Source of the DNA: Pseudomonadota bacterium
GTDB taxonomy: Bacteria > Bdellovibrionota_B > Oligoflexia > Oligoflexales > CAIYRB01
DNA: 12,075 nt
Assembly (NCBI GenBank): GCA_031416315.1
Contig: JANOTL010000154.1
Span: forward strand, 1 to 12,075
Reading direction: 5' to 3'
The translations under genes were made by a program, and so were the position numbers. Below the pieces are notes generated by a model. That model saw only the letters and a list, made by a program, of their open reading frames with translations, searched no databases and was not told the origin of the DNA. Numbering within the stretch: position 1 is the first letter of the stretch; the number at the start of each line of letters is the position of its first letter. Shown here piece after piece: positions 1-7,060 of the stretch.

Positions 1-1
1 G

Positions 2-133
2 CTCGTCCGGCGAACGTGGTGCACGACCAAGCGTGCTGATCGGCTCGCCGATCACCTCGCAATCTATGCTCACTTCCATAACACCGAAATTCTTCCCAGG
101 CGCCGTCGCGAGCGAAACGGTATCGCCGGCTGA
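2..133 (+). mobile_element. 3' end (partial CDS, 43 aa visible) of an IS1-like DDE transposase; the rest lies left of the window
   Basis: Manual translation of + frame 2 gives LVRRTWCTTKRADRLADHLAIYAHFHNTEILPRRRRERNGIAG*, with TGA at 131-133. The pattern L-x-R-R-T-x-C-x-(T/S)-K...H...Y/F-x-x-F/Y-H-N resembles the C-terminal helix of IS1-family InsB-type transposases. From memory it also resembles an 'RRTWCTTK' group of IS1-like proteins in Bdellovibrionota. It is absent from the ORF track because no start codon lies in the window. Confidence 0.7.
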
Positions 134-290
134 GAATCGAGCTCACTGCGAACACCTTTAGGCCAAATGTCGGGCGATGAAGCCGAGCCTCCTCGCGCTT
201 CATGCTTCACGGCCGCCCGCCACCGAGCCGCGTCGCGCAATCCACAGCCAAGGGGGCCAGTTCTCACGCGTTGAGCCCCGCTCGCGACGG
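103..290 (-). ncRNA. candidate structured RNA or long fold-back element (~190 nt rod), family unassigned
   Basis: A perfect 12-bp inverted repeat, CCGTCGCGAGCG (103-114) / CGCTCGCGACGG (279-290), encloses nested helices that share a centre near 193-198: 131-136/261-266, 146-155/230-240, 161-176/214-229 and 178-183/204-209. About ten additional pairs form only as G-U wobbles on the minus strand. Confidence 0.4.
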
Positions 291-312
291 ACCGAGGGGT
301 GCCCTGGTCGTC

Positions 313-1002
313 TCAATCCCCGCCCGAGCTCTTCGACTTCACGGGCCGAAACGGGTGCACCCAGTGCGCGAATGCCGGCGCGTCGCGCGTCTGGATCCAG
401 ACCTTGCCCTTGCCGCTGAACCGGCAGACGAGCCCCTCGCCGCTGAAAAAGAGGCTCTTATAGCCCGAGATTCCCTTCACCTCGTACTGCAACCCGTGCG
501 TGAACGCGACGATGTGCCCCGTATCGACGACGTAGTTCCCGTCGACCTCGATCGAGATCAGCGCGCCGTAGGTGTTGAACCATAGATCGCCGTGGCCGCT
601 GCAGCGGATCAGGAACAAGGACTCGCCGGAGAAAAAGCCCTTCATCAGTCCCTGCCACTTCGACTCCACCAGGACGTCTGGCGTCGCGGCGACGAAGGCG
701 GAGTTCTGCAGATAGACGGGCTCGCCCGTAAGCTGCACGTGCTCCATGTCTCCCGGCGCGCCCGGCGCGATGCCGATCTCGCCGTCACCACCTTCGGCGG
801 TGAACTCGTTCATGAAGACCGACTCGCCGGTGACGAAGCGGCCGATGCCGCCCTTCATTTTCGTCTTCATCTTGAGGTTCGGAGTCATCGTCGCCATGGC
901 CGAAGATTCGACGCGCAGCATCTTTCCCGCGGGAATCTTCACGTAGAGGAAGGCGAAGTCGGGACGGTTCAGCAGCTTGTAGGGATAGAGCGAGTCGGTC
1001 AC
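313..1002 (-). CDS. AIM24 / TIGR00266 family protein (TRAP-like fold), third copy in the operon
   Basis: 229 aa. Family motifs GESVFMNEF, APGAPGD, FFSGESLF, YVVDTGHIVAF, GEGLVCRFSGKGKVWIQTR. GTG start with GAGG upstream; 7-nt gap to the previous paralog. Confidence 0.93.
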   Translation of the reverse strand: MTDSLYPYKLLNRPDFAFLYVKIPAGKMLRVESSAMATMTPNLKMKTKMKGGIGRFVTGESVFMNEFTAEGGDGEIGIAPGAPGDMEHVQLTGEPVYLQNSAFVAATPDVLVESKWQGLMKGFFSGESLFLIRCSGHGDLWFNTYGALISIEVDGNYVVDTGHIVAFTHGLQYEVKGISGYKSLFFSGEGLVCRFSGKGKVWIQTRDAPAFAHWVHPFRPVKSKSSGGD

Positions 1003-1009
1003 GTGAGCC

Positions 1010-1690
1010 TCAATTGCGCGGGCGCAGAAGCGGCCCGAGCGCGCCGCCGAATCCCTGCGCGTTGTGCGATTGGCAGAGAACCCTGCCCTTGCCTTGGAAC
1101 TTGCAGACCAGGCCCTCGCCGCCGAGGATCGAGGAGATCCAGCTTTTGCCGGCCTTGGTCACGACGAACTTCAAGGACTCGGGAAAGGCGACGATGTGCC
1201 CCGAGTCGACGATGTACTCGCCGTCGACGTCGACCCAGTAAACGGAGCCGAAGGACGTGACCAGCGCCTTCCCCGGCCCCTTGATCTTAAGCCAGAAGAC
1301 GCTCTCGCCGGCGAACAGCGACTTGAAGCCCTGCCAGCCGAGGTCGACGTTGACTTGGTGCTCGCAAGCGAGAAAGGAGCCGCCCTGGACGATCATCGCC
1401 TCGGCGCCGAGGTCGAGCGTCGTGACGTCGCCCGGCAAGGTCGGCGCGAGCCACACGTCGTCGCCGGCCTTGCCCGCGGTGAAATGGTTCAGGAAGAAAG
1501 ACTCGCCCGCGATCATCCGCTTCAAAGCCTTGAGGACGCCGCCCGAGCCTTTTTTCAAGGTCGTGGTCTCGACCTTCATCGACCCCGACATGGCGATCAT
1601 CGCGCCCGCCTCGGCCGTCAGCGTCTCGCCGGCGTTCAGGATGACGCGCGCCGCGGCGTTCGCCGGGCCGTGTTGAATCTCGACCTGCAT
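1010..1690 (-). CDS. AIM24 / TIGR00266 family protein, second copy
   Basis: 226 aa. Motifs AEAGAMIAMS, GESFFLNHF, APTLPGD, LFAGESVF, YIVDSGHIVAF, GEGLVCKFQGKGRVLCQSHN. ATG with GGAG 8 nt upstream. Confidence 0.93.
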   Translation of the reverse strand: MQVEIQHGPANAAARVILNAGETLTAEAGAMIAMSGSMKVETTTLKKGSGGVLKALKRMIAGESFFLNHFTAGKAGDDVWLAPTLPGDVTTLDLGAEAMIVQGGSFLACEHQVNVDLGWQGFKSLFAGESVFWLKIKGPGKALVTSFGSVYWVDVDGEYIVDSGHIVAFPESLKFVVTKAGKSWISSILGGEGLVCKFQGKGRVLCQSHNAQGFGGALGPLLRPRN

Positions 1691-1704
1691 CGAAGCGCTC
1701 CGAA

Positions 1705-2367
1705 TCAGTAGAGGCGAGGATTGAGGAAGTCGCGCAAGCCCTCGAGGCTCCGCGTTTGGATCGCGATCTTACCCTTGCCTTCGACGCGCGTGACGATCCC
1801 CTCGCCGCTGAAAAAGCTGGAGAAGAGGCCGCCCGCGAGCTTGGGCTTGAGGGTGATCGACGGCTCGTAGGCGACCAGATGCGCGGTGTCTACGATGTAG
1901 GCCCCGGCCACGTCGCGGAAGAGGATGCCGCCGTAGGCGCCGATCCACAAGATCCCCTGACCCGTGCAGAAGAGCTTGAACAGGCCTTCCTTGGCGATCC
2001 AGGAGGCGAAGCCCGCCCAGCGCACCGCGAGCCGGACGCCGGGCGTCGACGCGACGTAGGCCCCGGGTTGCAGGCAAATCGCGTTGCCCTTCAGCGCGAT
2101 TTCCTTGATGTCGCCCGGCGTCTTCTGCACGAGCGTCACGCGTCGCGTCTTCCGCGTGTTGTTGGAGAACGTGTTGACGAACAGCGATTCGCCGCCGAGA
2201 AAGCGCTTCAACAGGGCCGAGACGAGCCCGCCGTTGAAGGTTGCCTTCATGTCGAGGTCCGAGTCCATGCTGGCCATCGCGTCGCTCTCTGCGACGATCG
2301 ACTCACCAGGATCCAGGTCGACGTGAATGTACGCGAACGAGGGCGCGCCTTCGATCTTGCTTCGCAT
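1705..2367 (-). CDS. AIM24 / TIGR00266 family protein, first copy
   Basis: 220 aa from the ATG at 2367 (MRSKIEGAPSFAY...), preferred over the track's 2400 because GGAGGA lies 7 nt upstream. Motifs AESDAMASM, GGESLFVNTF, TPGDI, YIVDTAHLVAY, GEGIVTRVEGKGKIAIQTRS. Confidence 0.92.
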   Translation of the reverse strand: MRSKIEGAPSFAYIHVDLDPGESIVAESDAMASMDSDLDMKATFNGGLVSALLKRFLGGESLFVNTFSNNTRKTRRVTLVQKTPGDIKEIALKGNAICLQPGAYVASTPGVRLAVRWAGFASWIAKEGLFKLFCTGQGILWIGAYGGILFRDVAGAYIVDTAHLVAYEPSITLKPKLAGGLFSSFFSGEGIVTRVEGKGKIAIQTRSLEGLRDFLNPRLY

Positions 2368-2406
2368 GCGGTCATCCTCCGGATCTCCAGAGGATACCAC
2401 GAAGTC

Positions 2407-3315
2407 TCAGGGTTGGAGGCCGAAGCCGAAGGGATCGTCCGAAGGCGCGGGGCTCGGCGAGGACTCCGGCTTGTCAGGCGCGCTGGCGGAGTAGCGGAAA
2501 ATCACCGTCTTCTTCACCGGGGCCGCGGCGCCCAGGCGCAGATAGGTGTCGATCATTTGGTCCGTCGTCGGATTGGTGTTGCCGATGACGCTGCAGCAGC
2601 TGTCGGGCACGGTCACCTTCATGCGGAAGCTCTCGGAGTCGCTCGCCACCTTGAGCGGCACGTCGGTCCGGTAGTGGTAGAACTCGTCGCCGGTCTTGCC
2701 GAACAGGTCGGAGCCTTGGATCTCGTTCAAGTTGCCGTCGGCGACCTTGACCTTCGTCTTGGCGTCGAAGAGTTGGTAGCTCAGGCCCCGGCCCGTGCCG
2801 CCGGCGTGCGCATTGACGTCGAACAGAATGTCGTCGGAGGCGAGCGTCTTCACCTTGCCGTCGCAGTCGGTGAGGTAGACCTCGTACTCGACCTGCTGGC
2901 GGTTGGTGTAGATCGGCAGCTCTTTGGTGATCAGCCTCGCCTGCGTGGCGCCCTTCTCGTCGCAGTCCGGCGGAATGAGCGGCTCCTCGTCGGAAGCCGA
3001 GCCGATGTCGATCCCGGGCTTTCCGGTCGCGCTTTCGACCGAGCCGCCAGGCTCGAGGCCGCCCGTGGTGCCTTTGCCGGTGCCCGTGCCCTTGCCCGTG
3101 CCACCGTTGGTGCCCTTGCCAGTCCCCGTGCCCTTGCCGGTCACTGTGCCCGGCCCACCCGAAGACGTCGTGCCGCCGTCGGTGCCTTTTTTCGCATCGG
3201 CCGCCTTGCGCGTCTCGGCCTTGCCGCCGGTCCCGGTGAACGAGCTGGACTTGCATGCGGCGGCGAGCGCCGCAGCCAAAAGGACCGCCAGGGAGGAAGC
3301 GTAGATGGTTTTCAT
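2407..3315 (-). CDS. hypothetical lipoprotein with a Gly/Thr/Lys-rich stalk and an unassigned C-terminal globular domain
   Basis: 302 aa from the ATG at 3315 (AAGAAGGG upstream). Signal peptide MKTIYASSLAVLLAAALAAA-C21 with a lipobox-like end. Low-complexity linker at about aa 22-110, then a beta-rich-looking domain with Cys118, 151, 240 and 241, and a Pro/Ser tail. Confidence 0.8.
   Translation of the reverse strand: MKTIYASSLAVLLAAALAAACKSSSFTGTGGKAETRKAADAKKGTDGGTTSSGGPGTVTGKGTGTGKGTNGGTGKGTGTGKGTTGGLEPGGSVESATGKPGIDIGSASDEEPLIPPDCDEKGATQARLITKELPIYTNRQQVEYEVYLTDCDGKVKTLASDDILFDVNAHAGGTGRGLSYQLFDAKTKVKVADGNLNEIQGSDLFGKTGDEFYHYRTDVPLKVASDSESFRMKVTVPDSCCSVIGNTNPTTDQMIDTYLRLGAAAPVKKTVIFRYSASAPDKPESSPSPAPSDDPFGFGLQP
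3058..3141 (-). repeat. intragenic 42-bp tandem duplication encoding 2 x TGKGTGTGKGT(N/T)GG
   Basis: Units 3058-3099 and 3100-3141 match at 35/42 nt by manual alignment, and 13/14 encoded residues are identical. Confidence 0.9.
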
Positions 3316-3367
3316 ACCCTTCTTCTCGGCAGAACCGCCCGAAACCTTTTGCGCGCGCCGCAGCACC

Positions 3368-3396
3368 TTGGGTCCGACGCCAAAACCTGCGATAAT
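3368..3396 (+). promoter_or_regulatory. putative sigma70-type promoter for the GH13 gene
   Basis: TTGGGT (3368-3373), 17-nt spacer, GATAAT (3391-3396) preceded by TGc (extended -10). AGGAG RBS at 3423-3427, GTG start at 3435. Confidence 0.45.
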
Positions 3397-3434
3397 TCCT
3401 GACAAACCAGCACGATCGACCCAGGAGCCCGCCG

Positions 3435-5504
3435 GTGAAAGCCTTCTCCTACGCCCTCCTCATCCCCTTGCTCCTGCCGGCATGCCGTACTCCCGAAGTC
3501 GGCCCAGGCGCGCAAGTGAAGGACGCTTTCGGAGATTCGAGCGGCGAGTATCTCGACCTGAATCACGTCGCCGGCACGCAGGTCCTCTACGAAGTGCAAG
3601 TTCGTTCGGCGAACGCCTGCCGCGAGGATATGGGCGCCAACTGGCAGAAGGCGGCGTGCAAGAACAAGCTGGCGCCGAAGATCACTTACCGTGCCGAAGG
3701 CATGAGCTGCGGGATCATCGACGAGCTGCGCAAGATCAAGCTCGGCACGCTCGAGGACATGACCGAGAACACCGCCGATCGCCGGAACGGCATCACGCTG
3801 AGATACGTGAAGGAGAAGGTCGGAGCGACTGCCGTCTGGCTCATGCCGCTCTTCCCCAACAACGACCAGTGGAAGATTCCGGACGAATGCGACGATCTCG
3901 GCTCGCCCTACGCCGTGCGCGACTATCTGCACGTGCAAGGGACATTGTCGCGCTCCTGCATCCAGCAAGGCAAAGACGAGCACTCGAGCCCACCCTGCTT
4001 CGGCAACGACAGCCTGGACGCATTGATCCAGAAGGCGCACGCGCAAGGCACCAAAATCATCCTCGACGTCGCCTTGAATCACTTCGGCCACAACTACTTG
4101 ATGTACGACTACGAGGACTACAAGCCCGTCCGCGACCGCATCGAAGGCGGCGAGGACCTCGCGCGCCTTTGGAACTTCGAGGACACGCACGAAGGGTTCC
4201 TCGAGAAGCCGCGCCTCCTCGACACCGTGCAGCGCCTGGAAGAGTTGGCGTCCACCAACAATTTCCACAAGAAGACGCTCGCCGCGCTCAAGTTGAAATG
4301 CCCCACCTTGAGCGGACAGCCGCTCCTTCACGCTTACCACATGTGGCGCGAGGCCCTCGACTGGGAGCGCGCGCAGTTCCCTTGCGGCCAGCAGTTTCTC
4401 GAGTTCGCACTGCCCGGCTTCTACATGGGGCAAGACGCGACGAACCCGGCGAAGAAGCTCGGCGACAATTTTACCAACAACTGGAAGGACGTGAAGTTCC
4501 TCTTCCACAAGGAAGCCAACGGCGCGCACACGCACGAGTTCGTCCGCAACCGCGAGTATTTTTTTCGCATCCTGAACTATTGGGTCTCGCGCGGCGTCGA
4601 CGGCTTTCGCTTGGACCACACGACCGACAAGGACAGCGGCATGGCGCCGAACGAATGGCGCTACCTCTTGACCAAGGTCAACCATTACGCGCAAAAACGC
4701 GGGCAAGCTCGGCCCCTCTACCTCGCCGAGGAATTCGGCGATCAGATGGGCATGAACAAGGTCGTCGACATGATGACCGAGGGCTACCTCTTCGACATGG
4801 TGAAGCGCGGCGGCGGCGACAAGGACACCGGTCACGTCGAGCGCGTCCTGAGCAACATGGGCCGTTTCGGCGGCCACACGTACGTGATGACGGCGCTCGA
4901 GACGCATGACGAGCATCGCCTCACCGACGGCACCGGCTTCGGCACATGGACCGGCGCCGGCTTTTGGGCGATCGGCGCCACCCGCTGGTCGACGCCGATG
5001 CTGCTCATGGGGCAGGAGTTCGGCGAGCCTTGGGGCGTCGGCTTCCGCCGCTCCGACTTGATCCGGGGCCGCTTCGAGGGCAGCGCCAATTGGAATCCCG
5101 AGGGCGACAAGCTCACCGACTACTACCGCGCGATCATCACGGCGCGCCTCGACGCCAAGAACCGCGCGCTCTATGCCTCGCCGTCGCACTTTCTGCGCCC
5201 GAAGCCGACGCCCGACCGGCCGGACGCGCGCCTCTTCGCGCAGATGAAGTGGTCGGAGGACACCAACGTCGTCTTCACCTTCCACAACCTCTGGGAAGAG
5301 GACGTGCAACAGAGCTTTTTCATCCCGCCGGAAGTCGCAAGCGCCGCGCAGATATCCGACGGCACAAGCTACAAGCTCGTGAACGTCCTAGCCAACCAGC
5401 AAGCCGGTCCTTGCCGGACGGGCGCGGAGCTCAAATGGGAGCTGCCCGTCGTCATGGGCAGAGGTACGCGCTTTCAGTGGCTCAGACTCGAGACGTGCCA
5501 GTAA
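3435..5504 (+). CDS. alpha-amylase family (GH13) glycoside hydrolase/transglycosylase, predicted lipoprotein
   Basis: 689 aa. Signal peptide ending LLLPA-C17. GH13 conserved regions: GATAVWLMP, GSPYAVRDY, region I DVALNH, region II GVDGFRLD (D394, nt 4614-4616), region III YLAEEF (E432, nt 4728-4730), region IV ALETHDE (D492, nt 4908-4910), and PMLLMGQEFG. C-terminal beta domain. Confidence 0.9.
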   Translation: MKAFSYALLIPLLLPACRTPEVGPGAQVKDAFGDSSGEYLDLNHVAGTQVLYEVQVRSANACREDMGANWQKAACKNKLAPKITYRAEGMSCGIIDELRKIKLGTLEDMTENTADRRNGITLRYVKEKVGATAVWLMPLFPNNDQWKIPDECDDLGSPYAVRDYLHVQGTLSRSCIQQGKDEHSSPPCFGNDSLDALIQKAHAQGTKIILDVALNHFGHNYLMYDYEDYKPVRDRIEGGEDLARLWNFEDTHEGFLEKPRLLDTVQRLEELASTNNFHKKTLAALKLKCPTLSGQPLLHAYHMWREALDWERAQFPCGQQFLEFALPGFYMGQDATNPAKKLGDNFTNNWKDVKFLFHKEANGAHTHEFVRNREYFFRILNYWVSRGVDGFRLDHTTDKDSGMAPNEWRYLLTKVNHYAQKRGQARPLYLAEEFGDQMGMNKVVDMMTEGYLFDMVKRGGGDKDTGHVERVLSNMGRFGGHTYVMTALETHDEHRLTDGTGFGTWTGAGFWAIGATRWSTPMLLMGQEFGEPWGVGFRRSDLIRGRFEGSANWNPEGDKLTDYYRAIITARLDAKNRALYASPSHFLRPKPTPDRPDARLFAQMKWSEDTNVVFTFHNLWEEDVQQSFFIPPEVASAAQISDGTSYKLVNVLANQQAGPCRTGAELKWELPVVMGRGTRFQWLRLETCQ

Positions 5505-5571
5505 GCATCCTTGAGAGCGGTGACGATGCTCCATGACTGCCTTGCCGCGCACGAGCGCGCCGGCACCGAGT

Positions 5572-5952
5572 CTAGCATTTAGGTTGGGTCCCAGGGCGCG
5601 TCCAAATAAACCCAAGCACTCCCAGAAGCACCCCCACGACGACCACCCGGACAGAAATCCCCGCCGCCGCGTTCACCGCGAAAAGCGCAAAAACAGCGCT
5701 TCCCGCGATCGCCCCCGTCGCCAAAACCTTCGCCCGCAGCGGGATGACTCCATCGTCTCGCCACGCCCGAATCGGCGGCCCCAGCCGCGGATGCTCGACG
5801 AGCCAAAGGTGAAACCGCGGCGACGCCGCGCTGAAGCACCAGGCCGCGAGCAGCAGAAAGGGCGTCGTGGGCAGCAAGGGCAGCGCGATCCCGACCACGC
5901 CGAGCCCGACCGCGAGCCAGCCCGCGGCGATCAGAAGATAACGCGAAAGCAA
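5572..5952 (-). CDS. ybaN: YbaN / DUF454 family inner-membrane protein
   Basis: 126 aa, hydrophobic, with the signature G..GIALPLLPTTPFLLLAAWCF...SPRFHLWL..HP..GP.I..W...G.IP.RAK. TTG start 5 nt after the TPR gene stop. Confidence 0.92.
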   Translation of the reverse strand: MLSRYLLIAAGWLAVGLGVVGIALPLLPTTPFLLLAAWCFSAASPRFHLWLVEHPRLGPPIRAWRDDGVIPLRAKVLATGAIAGSAVFALFAVNAAAGISVRVVVVGVLLGVLGFIWTRPGTQPKC

Positions 5953-5957
5953 AGCGC

Positions 5958-6992
5958 TCAGCCCGCGCGTTTGCGATTGATCGAGTCCTGCATCGCCGCG
6001 ACGGCCTCGTCGTTCGGCATCTGACCCTGGACCTCGTCGACGATCTCTTGCGCCTTCTCGGTGTCGCCGTTGCGCAGAAGCTCTCGAGCCTTGTCGAGCT
6101 TCGTGTAGTTCAAGCGCTCGACCGCGAAGCTGACGGGAAGCCCGCGCTGCTGCTTTTCTTGGATCTCTTTGTCCTGCGCGAGGATCGCCTTGTCGTAAGC
6201 GCCGATGGCGCGATCGCCCTCGCCGGCCCGCGCATAGGCGTCGGCCAGCTCGCGATGGGCGCGGACGCCATTTTCTTGAGAGGTCGTGGCGCGCTCGAGG
6301 TAAGGGATCGCCTCGCCGTCGCGGCCGCTCATCGTCAGGATCTCGCCGATCCCGTAAGCGATGTCGGGCGTGTTCGCCGGATCTTTCTGGTGCAGCTCGC
6401 TGAGGAAGGTGAGGCCTTCGTCGAGGCGGTTCTCCTCTTCGTACAGGCTGACGAGCTCCGACATCACCACCTGATTCTTCGGATTCACCTCGGCGACCTT
6501 TTGCAGGTAATTGATCGCCTGCTCCGGCTGCTTCAGGTCGAGGAGGTTGATCATCGCCAGCTCGACGAGCGCGGTCTCGTTCTTCGGGTCGCGCTTGACG
6601 ATCGCCTCGAGCGCGGCGACGGCGTCGTTGATGTTGCCTTTGTCGATCAGATCGATCGCCTTTTGGACCTCGGCGTCGCCGACGGTGTGGCGGCCGCCTT
6701 CCGTCGGCGAAGGTCCGACGCCTTCGCCCGCGGCAACGTCGGAGGCCGGCGTGCGCTCGCTCGTCTCATATGAGTCGGCCGTCTGACCGGAGCGCAACGC
6801 CTGGCGCTTCGAAGCGCTGACCGAGGCCGCCGGACTCGAGGCCAAGGGTGCGGGCTCCGCCGGACGTTCCTTTGGATACATTACGACCGCGAAGACGACG
6901 ATGGCTGCGACCAGCAAGGCCAAGGAGCCGATGAATCCCGTAGCCGCCGAGGGTCCATGCCGTGAGGGCGAGCCTTTGGTGCTGGTTGCCAT
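5958..6992 (-). CDS. membrane-anchored tetratricopeptide-repeat (TPR) protein
   Basis: 344 aa. One N-terminal hydrophobic helix (FIGSLALLVAAIVVFAVVMY), a Pro/Ala/Ser linker, then helical repeats with TPR-like spacing (DAVAALEAIVKRDPKN, QAINYLQKVAEVNPKN, EAIPYLERA, LADAYARAGEGDRAIGAYDKAI). Confidence 0.85.
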   Translation of the reverse strand: MATSTKGSPSRHGPSAATGFIGSLALLVAAIVVFAVVMYPKERPAEPAPLASSPAASVSASKRQALRSGQTADSYETSERTPASDVAAGEGVGPSPTEGGRHTVGDAEVQKAIDLIDKGNINDAVAALEAIVKRDPKNETALVELAMINLLDLKQPEQAINYLQKVAEVNPKNQVVMSELVSLYEEENRLDEGLTFLSELHQKDPANTPDIAYGIGEILTMSGRDGEAIPYLERATTSQENGVRAHRELADAYARAGEGDRAIGAYDKAILAQDKEIQEKQQRGLPVSFAVERLNYTKLDKARELLRNGDTEKAQEIVDEVQGQMPNDEAVAAMQDSINRKRAG

Positions 6993-7031
6993 ATGGGCGC
7001 CTTTCTAGTCATGGACCCTGGGAGCGCGGCG

Positions 7032-7060
7032 TTTATACAATATTAAAATGCCGGAGGCAA
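7032..7060 (-). promoter_or_regulatory. putative sigma70 promoter for the TPR-ybaN pair
   Basis: The minus strand reads TTGCCT (7060-7055), 17-nt spacer, TATAAA (7037-7032). It sits in an AT-rich island about 40 nt upstream of the ATG at 6992. Confidence 0.6.

Noticed and set aside
2..79. Possible minus-strand gene start MEVSIDCEVIGEPISTLGRAPRSPDE at ATG 79
   Set aside because: Weak RBS, no recognisable motif, and it is antisense to the better-supported transposase tail.
103..290. Retron msr-msd interpretation of the IR-flanked segment
   Set aside because: The terminal IRs fit, but the interior is one centred rod rather than msr hairpins plus an msd stem, and no reverse transcriptase is visible next to it.
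70..585. Short track ORFs 70..267(-), 177..419(+) and 202..585(+)
   Set aside because: Arg/Pro/Ala-rich with no motifs, overlapping the fold-back or antisense to AIM24; typical GC-rich noise.
3058..3141. Repeats considered as a CRISPR array, or GTGK read as a P-loop
   Set aside because: They are in-frame coding repeats without unique spacers, and there is no beta-strand/Walker B context for a nucleotide-binding loop.
2368..3405. Track start sites at 2400 and 3405
   Set aside because: The downstream ATGs at 2367 and 3315 have RBSs and give a proper family N-terminus and a signal peptide, respectively.
1756..5309. Long alternative ORFs 1756..3402(+), 3305..4909(+) and 3312..5309(-)
   Set aside because: Shadow frames of real genes. 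Strong GC3 bias removes stop codons from antisense and shifted frames, and the translations have no family motifs.
5504..5565. Hairpins between the convergent GH13 and ybaN genes (AGCATC/GATGCT; TGCCG...CGGCA)
   Set aside because: Short or imperfect stems with no U-tract on either strand; not enough to call an intrinsic terminator.
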